From: Opitutales bacterium
GTDB taxonomy: Bacteria > Verrucomicrobiota > Verrucomicrobiia > Opitutales > PNEW01
Length of the DNA: 64,000 nucleotides
Direction: 5' to 3'
Assembly: GCA_965197745.1 (NCBI GenBank)
Contig: CBDANS010000007.1
Coordinates: forward strand, 864,001 to 928,000
Shown one piece after another: positions 22,326 through 33,390 of this stretch; the stretch's first letter is position 1; each line of letters begins with the position of its first letter. The notes beneath the pieces were generated by a model. That model searched no databases, was not told the DNA's origin, and was given only the letters and a program-made list of their open reading frames with translations. The position numbers and the translations under genes were made by a program.

Positions 22326-22759
22326 GATATGATGGAGTATTATTTTCTTTCAGCAGACAATGGCAAAAGATTGCTCACCGCTCTCAAGGACCAATTGCTC
22401 CTTTAATATAAAAATTAAGTCTATTGATTAAACACTGTGTGATAATCAATAGGTTAGAGTGAATACGGGAATAATTAATGTTTATTTGAGGTTTAAGACG
22501 GAACGTTTGAGACAGAATGTCTGTCCTATCATTAATGGATAGTGATGCTCATTGACGCTCTTTATAGAGTATCAGCATTTAATTATAAGAATCTTATAAT
22601 TAATAGTTTATCAAGATAGGAAGATTTGCTCATCATGATTTAATAATATTTATTAAACCAAAAACTCGACAAACTTAAATTGTTATTTATCAATATAATA
22701 TAACTTAATTGGAACATTGAACATTTTTTAGATAAACCCGAATAGATTCGATATTAACG

Positions 22760-25012
22760 ATGAAAACAAAGCTGATACTAATCCTCACACTATCCATTGG
22801 AATACTTGTAAACTTAACCTTTGCTCAAACGGGCACCTTTGATTTTGAAAATGATACGGCGGCAGGGACAGAATTTATCATCGGCCAATCGCCAACGAGT
22901 ATTCATGTAATAAACTTTACCCTGGAGACAGTGGATGATCCCGCACTTGCGCATTCAGGCACAAAAGCCCTGGTCCTTGTGCCCGGTGCTTCGGAGGGAA
23001 AAATTCTTTTTGAAAGAGGGGTGAACAATCTCCAGTTCTATGCCGCTGATACCGGGGGAGGGGGCCGCATTGAGTTAAGAGATAAAGTTTTTCTTGTTTT
23101 GCACCCAAATGGTACGGTAGACGGCCTTCCCGGTAACATCAGTCCAGGCGCTAGTCCTCCTCTGCATAGTTTCGTTGCTTTCAGTGGGGTATTCAATGAT
23201 CTCTCGGATCTAAATTTTACGAATGGCATCAAGGAAATTAAAATTGTTAATGCCTCCGGCCGGGTTTCCATCGATGACCTTACTTTTACCAATGTTGAAG
23301 GACCTCCCAACAATACTTTTTTCGAAGATTTTTCAGATTTAGATAATCATCCCATTTTTGGGGAAGATTTTGTAAACCGCGTAAATTTTACCCTCGGTCA
23401 ATCACCGAACACGGCTCACTTTACTATGGGTGTCGTTACCGCCATCAGTGTCTCAACCTATGGAAGCGCCGGTAGGCCCTTTAATCACACTTTCCCCTTA
23501 TCCCCAGCGCAGGGTGGTGATTTTGAAAGTGGTTCCTGGCAGGTACTTGATGAAACGATGGGAGAAATAAATTTTGAAGAAACACCGGCAGGAAAAGTGG
23601 AATTTTATGCAGTGGTGGGAGAGGAAGGTGATGGAAGGTTAGATGTTTATGATACGGCAGACAATCTACTCACTTCTACGACCGATATACCTTTAAATAT
23701 TAGTATCGAGTTAGAGGGCTCCATCTTTACCTATTTTTCTTTTGACGCTGTTGAATTAGGAGCGCCCGACGGGATAGGAAAAGTTACCTATAATAATGAT
23801 CCCTCACCGCAGGCGCAGACCGGTGGGTTTTTAACAAATATCGCCCTTGACGACTTTGGCTTTACACCGATCGGCATCCCGTCAGGTGGGGAACCACCCC
23901 CTGCTGAGGGACCCGTTATTACGACTCAACCCGCTAGCCAGGAAGTGCAGTCCGGTACCGCTATAGCATTAACGGTCGCCGCCAGCGGTGATGATCTTAC
24001 TTACCAATGGTTCACCGGCAATAGCGGTGACACCGTCAGTCCCGTCGCCGGTGCCACGAGTAGCACTTTAACCACCGGCGCTCTCACCGCGAGCACAAGC
24101 TACTGGGCGCAGGTTACAAATGCCGGCGGCACCGCTGACAGCGATACCGCAGTCATCACCGTAGCCGCTCCCTCTGTTCCCCTCGTCCTTGATGGCTCTG
24201 GCGATATCGCCGGTGAGAACATCCAGCATGCCAACGGCAATGTCTTCGACCAGATTTTACTCACTGGAGAGTTCGTCCAACTCCAGGCCAAACCGGGACA
24301 GATCACCCGCGTTTCCTTCATGGACGAAAACGAGGACATTGTACAGGTAGAGTTCTCAGGTAACGGGACCTTTACCGTAACCCTGGACCCGGCCACTTTC
24401 CTGCCTCCGGCCATACCCCCACGCTACAACCAGGCCGTTGAATATGTGACAGGCAAGCCGAGCGTGGTCATCGACGGAGCGGACGCCAATACCTTCTTCA
24501 GCATCTTCACCGTGGGCAGGATCAACGCCTTTAACCAGGCCCTCTTCCCCGAAGGACAGGTCTATGACGCCCAAGCCGACGTGGCCCTCGTGGAAGTAGT
24601 CAACTCCACAGGACTGGGAGGGGTGCAGTTATCGAACACCGTGTTTAGTGGAAGCACCGGCAAGGTCGGCTTCGATGCGCGCGGCGTGCCGATCGCGGTA
24701 CGCTTAACAATTGGCGACATCGATGCTGATGGCGATGCGGTGTCCCACATATTATTCGCTGACGGGTCCTTCACGGTACCCGCGGGCAACCCCGGGTTGA
24801 GGATCACCGGTGGCGACCTCTTGCAGACGAACGGCGTCGCGGTCGTCGTCGCGGAGAGTGGTTCAACAACGACCGGGTTTGAGACCCTGATCACGCAGAA
24901 TAATTTTAAATCTGACAACACCCCTCAGCCCACGCAGAGCATTGATGCCACCTTCGCCAATGAAGACGGTGATGACATCACGGTTGCCATTGAAGAAATA
25001 ACAATAGAATAA
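22760..25012 (+). CDS. Secreted/surface protein paralogue 1: variable N-terminal domains + Ig-like domain + conserved C-terminal domain
   Basis: Signal peptide; ITTQPASQ...LTYQW...YWAQVTN Ig motif; last 372 aa nearly identical to paralogues 2 and 3. Confidence 0.88.
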   Translation: MKTKLILILTLSIGILVNLTFAQTGTFDFENDTAAGTEFIIGQSPTSIHVINFTLETVDDPALAHSGTKALVLVPGASEGKILFERGVNNLQFYAADTGGGGRIELRDKVFLVLHPNGTVDGLPGNISPGASPPLHSFVAFSGVFNDLSDLNFTNGIKEIKIVNASGRVSIDDLTFTNVEGPPNNTFFEDFSDLDNHPIFGEDFVNRVNFTLGQSPNTAHFTMGVVTAISVSTYGSAGRPFNHTFPLSPAQGGDFESGSWQVLDETMGEINFEETPAGKVEFYAVVGEEGDGRLDVYDTADNLLTSTTDIPLNISIELEGSIFTYFSFDAVELGAPDGIGKVTYNNDPSPQAQTGGFLTNIALDDFGFTPIGIPSGGEPPPAEGPVITTQPASQEVQSGTAIALTVAASGDDLTYQWFTGNSGDTVSPVAGATSSTLTTGALTASTSYWAQVTNAGGTADSDTAVITVAAPSVPLVLDGSGDIAGENIQHANGNVFDQILLTGEFVQLQAKPGQITRVSFMDENEDIVQVEFSGNGTFTVTLDPATFLPPAIPPRYNQAVEYVTGKPSVVIDGADANTFFSIFTVGRINAFNQALFPEGQVYDAQADVALVEVVNSTGLGGVQLSNTVFSGSTGKVGFDARGVPIAVRLTIGDIDADGDAVSHILFADGSFTVPAGNPGLRITGGDLLQTNGVAVVVAESGSTTTGFETLITQNNFKSDNTPQPTQSIDATFANEDGDDITVAIEEITIE

Positions 25013-25038
25013 AAAAAACTTATTATTAAATTCTTTTT

Positions 25039-25071
25039 AAAAACCCGTTTTCGTAATGAAAACGGGTTTTT
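25039..25071 (+). terminator. Rho-independent terminator after paralogue 1
   Basis: aaaaacccgttttc-gtaat-gaaaacgggttttt hairpin with a T-tail. Confidence 0.85.
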
Positions 25072-25203
25072 CAATACTCTAAATCAAATTTAACAAATGA
25101 CTGTCTTAGTTTTAGATTTATCTAATTATCACGGTCCGCTTTTGAACGAAAATCATTTTAATCACATTACGGCATAACCTTAACTTACATCCTAAGAACT
25201 GAA

Positions 25204-27447
25204 ATGTTTAAGATAAGATTCATTACCAGCTTGTGTCTATCCATTGGGATTCCATTCCTCATCACTAATGCTCAAACGGCCACTTACGATTTTGAAAATG
25301 ATACTGCCGAAGGGACAGAATTTATCATCGGCCAGTCACCAACGAGCATCCATGTGATAAATTTTACCCTGGAAACGGTGGAAAATCCCGCTCTTGCCCA
25401 TTCCGGGACCAAGGCCCTGGTTCTCGTTCCCGGCGCTACCGAAGGTAAAATAATTATGGAAAGAGGCGTTCAGGATCTACAGTTCTATGTTGCCGATACC
25501 CAGGGTGGAGGACGCGTCGAATTAAGGGATAAAAACTTTCTTGTATTACATGAGAATGGAGTCGTGAATGGGTTTCCCGCTGACATCAGTTCCGGGGCAA
25601 ATCCGCCCGCACAAAATTTCGTTGCCTTCAACAGTGATATCTTCGTTACCACGGATCTCAATTATACGAATGGCATCAAAGAAATAAAAATTGTTAATCC
25701 CTCAGGTCAAATTTCCCTCGATGACCTCACGTTTACCAATGTCATTGGGCCCCCTAACAATATTTTTTTTGAAGATTTTTCAGTTCTAAGTAATCATCCC
25801 ATTTTTAAGGTGCCGGTTAATCGTGCCAATTTTACCCTCGGTCAATCACCCGTGACGGCTACATTTTCGGGTGGTATTGTTACGACCATATTTTACGGTG
25901 GCGCGGGTGGCGCGGGACGACCCTTTAATCACACTTATCCCTTATCACCCAGTGATTTAGCTGAGTTAGAATCTGCCTCCTGGCGGGTCCTTGATGAAAC
26001 AGAAGGCGAAATTAATTTTAACGAAACACCGATGGCAAAGGTAGAATTTTACGCTGCGGTAGGGGAGGAAGGCGATGGGACAATAGAAGTTTACGATACC
26101 TCAGATAATCTACTCACCTCGACTAATGATATCCCCTTAAATATGAGTTTCGAGATTGAGGGATTTCCCTTTACCTTTTTCTCTTTTGCCGCAGAAGAAT
26201 TAGGCGCACCGGAGGGAATAGGAAAAATTATATACAAGAACGCTCCCTCGCCCCAGGCGCAGACAGGGGGCTTTTTAACGGATATTGCTATCGATGATAT
26301 TGGATTCACTCCCGTTGGCGTCGGGACACCCCCTCCCGCTGAAGGGCCCGCGATCACCACCCAGCCCGTCAGCCAGGAAGTGCAGTCCGGCACGGCTATT
26401 GCATTATCTGTTGTTGCCAGCGGTGATGATCTCACCTACCAGTGGTATACCGGCAATAGTGGTGACACGGTAGCTCCCGTCGCCGGTGCCACCGGAAGTA
26501 CTTTAACTACCGGCGCCCTTACCGCGAGCACGAACTACTGGGTGCAGGTAACTAATACCGGCGGCACCGCAGACAGCGATACCGCGGTCATCACCGTGTC
26601 AGCGCCTCCCATTCCCCTCGTCCTTGACGGCTCGGGCGATATCGCCGGTGAAGACATTCAGCATGCCAACGGCAACGTCTTCGACCAGATTTTACTCACC
26701 GGAGAGTTCGTCCAACTCCAGGCCAAACCGGGACAGATCACCCGCGTTTCCTTCATGGACGATAACGAAGACATTGTGCAGGTAGAGTTCTCAGGTAACG
26801 GTACCTTTACCGTAACCCTGGACCCGGCCACCTTCCTGCCTCCGGCTGTCCCACCACGCTACAACCAGTCAGTAGAGTATGTGACGGGCAAACCCAGCGT
26901 GGTCATCGACGGAGCAGACGCCAATACCTTCTTCAGCATCTTCACGGTGGGAAGGATCAACGCCTTTAACCAGGCGCTGTTCCCCGAGGGACAGGTCTAT
27001 GACGCCCAGGCCGATGTGGCCCTCGTAGAAGTAGTCAACTCCACGGGACTGGGAGGGGTACAGTTATCGAATGCCGTATTCAGTGGAAGCACGGGCAAGG
27101 TCGGCTTCGATGCGCGTGGCGTACCGATAGCGGTACGCTTGACCGTTGGCGACATTGACGCCGAGGGCGATGCGGTGCCGCATCTCCTGTTCGGAGAAGG
27201 GTCCTTCACGGTACCGGCGGGCAACCCCGGGATGAGGATCACCGGGGGCGACCTGTTGCAGACGAACGGCGCCGCAGTTGTGGTCGCCGAAAGTGGTTCA
27301 ACAACCACCGGGTTTGAGACCCTGATCACGCAGAATAACTTCAAGTCTGACGAAACGCCTCAGCCGACACTGAGTATCGATGCCACTTTCGCCAACGAGG
27401 ACGGCGATGAGATCACTGTGGCTATTGATGAGATTACGATAGAATGA
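25204..27447 (+). CDS. Secreted/surface protein paralogue 2
   Basis: Signal peptide; full-length homologue of paralogue 1. Confidence 0.88.
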   Translation: MFKIRFITSLCLSIGIPFLITNAQTATYDFENDTAEGTEFIIGQSPTSIHVINFTLETVENPALAHSGTKALVLVPGATEGKIIMERGVQDLQFYVADTQGGGRVELRDKNFLVLHENGVVNGFPADISSGANPPAQNFVAFNSDIFVTTDLNYTNGIKEIKIVNPSGQISLDDLTFTNVIGPPNNIFFEDFSVLSNHPIFKVPVNRANFTLGQSPVTATFSGGIVTTIFYGGAGGAGRPFNHTYPLSPSDLAELESASWRVLDETEGEINFNETPMAKVEFYAAVGEEGDGTIEVYDTSDNLLTSTNDIPLNMSFEIEGFPFTFFSFAAEELGAPEGIGKIIYKNAPSPQAQTGGFLTDIAIDDIGFTPVGVGTPPPAEGPAITTQPVSQEVQSGTAIALSVVASGDDLTYQWYTGNSGDTVAPVAGATGSTLTTGALTASTNYWVQVTNTGGTADSDTAVITVSAPPIPLVLDGSGDIAGEDIQHANGNVFDQILLTGEFVQLQAKPGQITRVSFMDDNEDIVQVEFSGNGTFTVTLDPATFLPPAVPPRYNQSVEYVTGKPSVVIDGADANTFFSIFTVGRINAFNQALFPEGQVYDAQADVALVEVVNSTGLGGVQLSNAVFSGSTGKVGFDARGVPIAVRLTVGDIDAEGDAVPHLLFGEGSFTVPAGNPGMRITGGDLLQTNGAAVVVAESGSTTTGFETLITQNNFKSDETPQPTLSIDATFANEDGDEITVAIDEITIE

Positions 27448-27477
27448 TGAGTGATCTATCGATCAGTTTTAGCCGCC

Positions 27478-27535
27478 GTCGTCCCGCGGGTGCGGGACTA
27501 TGGCGTGCCATGGGTGTTAAGTTTTAAGTGTTAAG
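27478..27535. repeat. REP-like hairpin (family A) followed by a TGTTAAG/TTTTAAG heptamer array
   Basis: gtcccgc-gggt-gcgggac-tatggcgtgcca matches the copies at 42681-42769 and 47302-47390; heptamers at 27515-27535. Confidence 0.7.
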
Positions 27536-27615
27536 GTGGAGCGGGTTTTGCGTTCGTAATTTGTCAACTTTCTTGTCCCCATGACTCTCTCTCAATTTCC
27601 CCATTCCTCATAAGC

Positions 27616-28752
27616 ATGAGGGACATTGTAAAATTTCATTCCCTGGAATTTGTCGCATTTCCAGCGACTGTCCGCACAGATTGGGTACACGCCTTATTCC
27701 AGGACGATAATGGGATGGTCAGTATAGTCGAAATAATGAAATCGGGCGGCAGGGGTAATGCCGTGAAGTATTTAACTGAAGCGATAGAAAAAATTCGTGG
27801 AATGGCAATAGACAGAGAAGAGGAAATCCCCAGTCTTCTTAGATTAGATGATGAAACGATTCGAAAGGAACTCGACCTTGCTTGCTCTGTAAGCGCGTTG
27901 CGTACTGCAGTAACGCAATTTCAATCAGACTACAGGGGCGTCAATCTGACCCAGGCATTGGGCGGTAAACCATGTGAGAGTATACCTTTGTATGCGAATA
28001 TAAATCGATCCCTTTTAAATAGCCGTTCTCCTGGTTCATTTGCCCATGCTGCTGATCTCGCGGTCAGGAGCGGATTCAATGTTATAAAGTGCGCGCCCTT
28101 CGATGAAGTAGAATTTAAAGACTCAAATGCGGATAAGCTCAAAAATGCGAAAAAGGGGATTGAGCGCGTTGCTGCGATTAAGCGTACCGTTGGTAAAGAT
28201 GTAACCGTGTTTGTTGACTGTCACCAGCGGTTTGATGAACAAACCGCGCTCATCATTTTTGAGAAATTAGCGGAGATTGGAATCGGATGGTTTGAAGAAC
28301 CCATCCCGGAAGGAAATAATCAAGCCATGGCGCGTATTTTAAAGGCTATTTCTGTGCCCATGGCCGGTGGAGAGTGCCGATACGGGAAATCACAGTTTTT
28401 GGATTTAATCTCATGCAGTGCCTGTGACATAGTAATGCCTGACATCAAATTTTGTGGAGGCATAGCTGAAGCTCAACGTATTGGCCGGTCGATAATCGCG
28501 GCAGGGGGAAAGTATTCTCCACATTGCCCATCAGGCCCAGTATCGTTATTAGCAAGTGCTCACGCCACCGCTGCGGTTAAGGGTGCCTACTTATTGGAAC
28601 ATGCGGTTAATGAAATTCCGTGGCGAGCTGAAATCCTCTCTCCACGGGAACAGATCGATAAAGGGCGATTGTGGTTTCCCGAGGGTAAAGGATTAGGGGC
28701 AATCTTTGATGCGAGAACTGTCGAAAAACGCGGTCGCCGATGGTCCCCCTAG
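27616..28752 (+). CDS. Enolase superfamily (mandelate racemase/galactonate dehydratase-like) enzyme
   Basis: IPLYANIN, VDCH, WFEEP, AGGE, MPDIKFCGG, SPH, LEH. Confidence 0.88.
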   Translation: MRDIVKFHSLEFVAFPATVRTDWVHALFQDDNGMVSIVEIMKSGGRGNAVKYLTEAIEKIRGMAIDREEEIPSLLRLDDETIRKELDLACSVSALRTAVTQFQSDYRGVNLTQALGGKPCESIPLYANINRSLLNSRSPGSFAHAADLAVRSGFNVIKCAPFDEVEFKDSNADKLKNAKKGIERVAAIKRTVGKDVTVFVDCHQRFDEQTALIIFEKLAEIGIGWFEEPIPEGNNQAMARILKAISVPMAGGECRYGKSQFLDLISCSACDIVMPDIKFCGGIAEAQRIGRSIIAAGGKYSPHCPSGPVSLLASAHATAAVKGAYLLEHAVNEIPWRAEILSPREQIDKGRLWFPEGKGLGAIFDARTVEKRGRRWSP

Positions 28753-28943
28753 TTGCCGCGACGATACTTAATATTAAATACTGTTCAGGTTTTACTCTGA
28801 GATCGGGATGAGAAAACGAAGAATAGCCTGATCTGCTTTATATTTGTCTCATGCACATCCCCCCGTTAATTATTAAATTATCCTGGTGTTGTCATAAGTT
28901 GGGTATTGATGTATGATTTTTTAAATTAATAATACAAAGCGAA

Positions 28944-29843
28944 GTGGCACATGACCATCAGAGTGTTTCTCATGGCGCCAGGAATATTAAGCTGGCGTTC
29001 TTTTTAAACCTTATTTTTGCCGTCTTTGAACTTATTGGTGGACTCTTTATAAACAGCCTGGCTATCATCTCCGACGCGCTACATGATTTGGGTGACAGTA
29101 TTTCCCTGGGGCTTGCGTGGGGACTTGAGAAAATTTCTGAGAAGGGCGCGACAAGTCAATTCACTTATGGCTATCGCCGGGTATCGTTACTTGCTGCTCT
29201 GATTAATACCATCATTCTGATTGTTGGGTCATTGATCATTTTATCTTACGCCGTACCAAGAATTCTTGAACCCGAACCAACGCATGCTACCGGTATGCTG
29301 TTGTTTGCGATTATTGGTATTTGCGTAAACGGGTACGCTGCATTGCGAGTAAGTAAAGGGCATTCCATGAATGAGAAAGTGGTTACCTGGCACTTGCTCG
29401 AAGATGTAATCGGGTGGGTCGCCATACTCATTGTTGGCATCATCCTAATGGTAAAAGATCTCTATATTCTCGACCCGATTCTCTCTGTTATCATCACCCT
29501 CTATGTCCTCTTTAATGTGCTGATCAATTTAAAGAAAACTCTGCTTCTTTTCCTGCAGGGAGTGCCCGCTAATATCGATCTGATACAGGTAGAAGAGAAA
29601 TTGCGGTCAATCGATAAAGTAATATCGAATCATCATACTCACATCTGGTCGCTGGACGGCAGTGATAACGTTCTCACCACCCACCTCGTTGTCGAACCCA
29701 CTATCTCTCGAGATGAAATTAAAGAGATAAAATCACAGGTCAGAACAATTGCCCAAAATTTATCAGTGAAACACGCTACGGTCGACCTTGAATTTGATGG
29801 TGATTCGTGTATTATCCAGAAAGTGAGCAGTGAAAACTTTTGA
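28944..29843 (+). CDS. Cation diffusion facilitator (CzcD/ZitB-type Zn/Co/Cd exporter)
   Basis: SDALHDLGD, FTYGYRR, HLLED, HHTHIWSLDG. Confidence 0.9.
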   Translation: MAHDHQSVSHGARNIKLAFFLNLIFAVFELIGGLFINSLAIISDALHDLGDSISLGLAWGLEKISEKGATSQFTYGYRRVSLLAALINTIILIVGSLIILSYAVPRILEPEPTHATGMLLFAIIGICVNGYAALRVSKGHSMNEKVVTWHLLEDVIGWVAILIVGIILMVKDLYILDPILSVIITLYVLFNVLINLKKTLLLFLQGVPANIDLIQVEEKLRSIDKVISNHHTHIWSLDGSDNVLTTHLVVEPTISRDEIKEIKSQVRTIAQNLSVKHATVDLEFDGDSCIIQKVSSENF

Positions 29844-29916
29844 GGCCAGGGTGGATGGGAAATTGGATGTTTTGAAAGCTGTGCTTTTTTCCAAGCATGA
29901 CGCCTTCATCCGCTTA

Positions 29917-30447
29917 ATGGTTCTTCCAATCATCCAATCATCCATTCTTCTTTTTCTCTGCTTATTTCCCGGGGCATTATTGGCTGGACGAATTGATAAT
30001 CCTTCAAGGGCTCAATTCCCAGAAAAAGTGAAGGATCTCAATGGGAGGGTGATTGACATCAGTCAACTTACAGAGAAAAAGACCGTCACTGTAGTGACAC
30101 TCAAAGCGACCTGGTGTCCGGTTTGTCAGGAGCAATTGATTCGCCTTAAAAACAATTTACACTTGATCGATACGAAGCGGGTAACCTTTATTGTCCTTTC
30201 ACCCGGCCCCAAAAAAAACCTTTTCGAGATTAAGGAAAAGACCGGATTTCCCTATCCATTTATCGAAGATAAAAATCTGCGAATTTCCACATCGCTGGGG
30301 TTAGCAATGAGCGAAAAAGAGATTTCCCCCAGCATATTTATTTTGAACAGGAATCTGAACATTCGCTGGATGCAAAGAGGAAGAAGCGGATGGTACTATG
30401 GAGACGAGGAATTGCTTAACGAAATCGGAATTGTGCATTGGATGTAA
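29917..30447 (+). CDS. Exported AhpC/TSA-like redoxin
   Basis: ATWCPVC thioredoxin-fold motif; likely start is ATG 29917, which gives a signal peptide (the track start is 29830). Confidence 0.75.
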   Translation: MVLPIIQSSILLFLCLFPGALLAGRIDNPSRAQFPEKVKDLNGRVIDISQLTEKKTVTVVTLKATWCPVCQEQLIRLKNNLHLIDTKRVTFIVLSPGPKKNLFEIKEKTGFPYPFIEDKNLRISTSLGLAMSEKEISPSIFILNRNLNIRWMQRGRSGWYYGDEELLNEIGIVHWM

Positions 30448-30546
30448 GAGATGATGTTTGCGCATATAACTGTTACCTTGACTGGTATTATCTGTGTATG
30501 CAAAAACATCACAGGGTTGAAGGTTGGGGTCTAATAAAAGTAAAAA

Positions 30547-33390
30547 ATGGGGAGAATGGATATGTCTGAAAAAAAAAGGTATTATTTAACTGAGAACAAA
30601 AGTTTGAACATAAAGATTGCTGCTATCGGTATAATTTTAAGCTCTCTTGTTGTCTTTTCACCTGTCTATCCGATGGGGCGAAAACCAAAAGAAGCGGAAC
30701 CACCGATGCAGAAGGAATACTGGGTGCATGGTGGATTTGCAGCATTTTCTCAAGGCAGTTTTGATAATGGGGGCGCCAATCTTTACGTAAACGCCAACGG
30801 CATCATTGAGATGATCAACCACTATGACGTAAACAACGATGGTTATGTCGACCTCGTTCTCTCGAATGATCATGATAAAATCGAGCGAGGTCCGACCTGG
30901 GGCTATATCGTTGATCATTATCCCGGTGAAAACTGGAAACGTTATCAAATGTCCGCTGACAGCGGATGGATGAGCCGGATTGCCGATGTGGACGCGGATG
31001 GGCACCAGGATCTCATAACCGTTAATTGTTATAACGGGGTGACTTCGGAGTTGCCTTCTTTCATTTATTGGGGTGGTCCGGATAGTCCTGAGGAAAGCCG
31101 GACCGACCTACCGACAATCGGCGCCTATGATGTCGCTTTCGTAGACATCAACCGCGATGGTCGACTGGATTTAATTTTCCCCTCGGCTTGGCGAGACAAT
31201 CATAATCCTGCATTACCCCGGCTGGTTCATGTTTATCTTCAAGGTGAGGACCGTCAATTTGTAGATGAAGGGGAACAGTATGGTTTGATCGCGACCGGAG
31301 CGTTATCCATCGCGGTAGCCGATTTAAATAAAGATACCTACCCGGATATTGTAACAGCCAGTTATCGAGAGGGCCAAAGAAACCTTCCCTTGAATACCAA
31401 GTCGAAAGTTTTCTGGGGTACAGCGGAAGGTGTAGACAGTGATTCACCACTGATCCTGCCGACTTATGGAGCACGGCAAGTGGTGTTAAAGGATCTGAAC
31501 AGTGACGGGAATACGGATATCGCATTTAGTGGCACTGGCGAGGTTAAGATCTATTGGAATAAAGATGAGGGCATCGATACCGGTAATCCTTTGACCATAG
31601 AAGCAAAAGGAGAATCCGGCGAATTTTCAGAGAATGTCGTGCGTATTGAAATAGCTGACATCGATGAAGACGACCAGATGGAATTAATGATCGCTACCTC
31701 TGAAGGGGTACAAGTCAGATCCGGCAACGATCTGATGAACATTGAGATGACACTTCCTGTTAAGCATGCCCGTTGGCTAACGGCTGCCGATTTAAATGGC
31801 GATAATCGACTGGAACTTATCGTCAGTAAAAATTACGATGAGAATGAGTTTAAAACCAAGTCTCCGATTTTCTGGAACGGGCCGAATGGGCTTTCCTTTG
31901 AAAATGCAAGCTGGGTTCACACGCTTGGCGTAGTTGGTAATACTGCCGGTGATCTGGATGGAGATGGTCGCCCCGAGGTAATATTCAATAATGTTTATGA
32001 CGGTCATGTCCATTCCGTGCCTTCCTATATCTATTTGGGCAATGAGAAAGCTGATTACGGAGTCGAAAATCGTTTGGAGTTTCACAATAAAAATAGCGGT
32101 ATTTCTCTTATTGCCGATCTGGATTTGGATGGATTTCCGGAAGTGGTTTTCAGTACTCCTGATGGAGTTCGTATCTACGAAGGGAGCAAGGAGGGGCCCA
32201 GACTGGATCGATTTGTCGACTTATCAACTCATGGACATCACGCTGATATGGAGGTTGCTGATTTTAACCGCGACGGATACCTTGACTTGCTAGCCGTCGC
32301 TTCTGGCGTCTCGGGTGAATACAAACCTTCACCCCTCTTTTATGGTTCGGCAAACGGATTTTCTGAATCAGGCAAGGATACCCTGAAATGTGCGGGAATC
32401 CGATCGGTCATCGGTGATGTCAATAAAGATGGCTATCTTGACGTTTTATTCCACGATAAAGGAGACTTTATACTAATATATACAGGTGATTCTGAAGGCT
32501 ACTCTGACGATCGTACGATCAAAGTGCCATGCCATGGTCTTTTAGATGCAGCAACACCTAATCTGGCCGACATCAATAATGACGGGTGGCTGGATCTTAT
32601 TGTTGGCATTCTCGGTCATCGCTTGCGCTATAAAGACACCTTGCGAATTTTCTTCGGCGGTCCTGATGGCTATCAAACTGATAATGTGCAGGAATTGCTT
32701 GCTGGCTATAGTGGCGGATTCACCGGGGTTGCAGATTATAACAATGATGGCGATCTCGACCTCTTGGCAACTTCCTATGCCAATCCCACCTCAAGGACAC
32801 CACCGGTTCAATTATTTTATGGCAATGGTGAAACGCTGGACTTCGATAATCCCGTAGATCTTCCGGGTTATGCTGCCGGAGCGGTAACCCAGGTCGATTT
32901 AGATCGTGACGGATGGATCGATATCATCCTTGGCTGCCATCGCAACGATATCGGGCACCAGGTTGATTCATTGATTTACTGGAATAGTCCCCAAGGGTTT
33001 TCACCTGGCCGGGTGACGGGCATACCCGGTTTGGGACCCCATGCGATGACCACCTTTGATCGTGGGAATTCTTATACCCGGGAACCGATAGAACATTATA
33101 TTTCCCCTTCCTATGAGATAGGAAATAAGCGGCCTCGCAGCATTCAATGGGTGGCTGAAGAGACGGAACTATTAAAATTGAAGTTTCAGCTTCGTTCGGC
33201 AGAGAGCGAAGAAAATTTGGCTGATGCGGCATGGATGGGACCGGAGGATGGGGATTCTTATTTTGAAATTTCAGGTGAAGCAATTGGTGATATTCCAAAG
33301 ACCGCCCGCTGGCTTCAGTATAAAGCCACTTTTGTTTCTCCTTACGCCTGTGGATCGCCCAAACTGAAGGAAGTCCGAATAGAATTGTAA
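30547..33390 (+). CDS. Secreted FG-GAP/VCBS repeat protein
   Basis: Many DxDxDGxxDL calcium-binding repeats; N-terminal hydrophobic signal. Confidence 0.87.
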   Translation: MGRMDMSEKKRYYLTENKSLNIKIAAIGIILSSLVVFSPVYPMGRKPKEAEPPMQKEYWVHGGFAAFSQGSFDNGGANLYVNANGIIEMINHYDVNNDGYVDLVLSNDHDKIERGPTWGYIVDHYPGENWKRYQMSADSGWMSRIADVDADGHQDLITVNCYNGVTSELPSFIYWGGPDSPEESRTDLPTIGAYDVAFVDINRDGRLDLIFPSAWRDNHNPALPRLVHVYLQGEDRQFVDEGEQYGLIATGALSIAVADLNKDTYPDIVTASYREGQRNLPLNTKSKVFWGTAEGVDSDSPLILPTYGARQVVLKDLNSDGNTDIAFSGTGEVKIYWNKDEGIDTGNPLTIEAKGESGEFSENVVRIEIADIDEDDQMELMIATSEGVQVRSGNDLMNIEMTLPVKHARWLTAADLNGDNRLELIVSKNYDENEFKTKSPIFWNGPNGLSFENASWVHTLGVVGNTAGDLDGDGRPEVIFNNVYDGHVHSVPSYIYLGNEKADYGVENRLEFHNKNSGISLIADLDLDGFPEVVFSTPDGVRIYEGSKEGPRLDRFVDLSTHGHHADMEVADFNRDGYLDLLAVASGVSGEYKPSPLFYGSANGFSESGKDTLKCAGIRSVIGDVNKDGYLDVLFHDKGDFILIYTGDSEGYSDDRTIKVPCHGLLDAATPNLADINNDGWLDLIVGILGHRLRYKDTLRIFFGGPDGYQTDNVQELLAGYSGGFTGVADYNNDGDLDLLATSYANPTSRTPPVQLFYGNGETLDFDNPVDLPGYAAGAVTQVDLDRDGWIDIILGCHRNDIGHQVDSLIYWNSPQGFSPGRVTGIPGLGPHAMTTFDRGNSYTREPIEHYISPSYEIGNKRPRSIQWVAEETELLKLKFQLRSAESEENLADAAWMGPEDGDSYFEISGEAIGDIPKTARWLQYKATFVSPYACGSPKLKEVRIEL

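Noticed and set aside
24562..24921. Conserved antisense ORFs in the three C-terminal modules (also 26997-27344 and 61854-62201)
   Set aside because: These are shadows of the conserved GC-rich sense frame, with no independent evidence.
22760..27447. Diversity-generating retroelement or shufflon acting on the paralogues
   Set aside because: No reverse transcriptase or site-specific recombinase is in the window; the differences are mostly synonymous, not adenine-specific.
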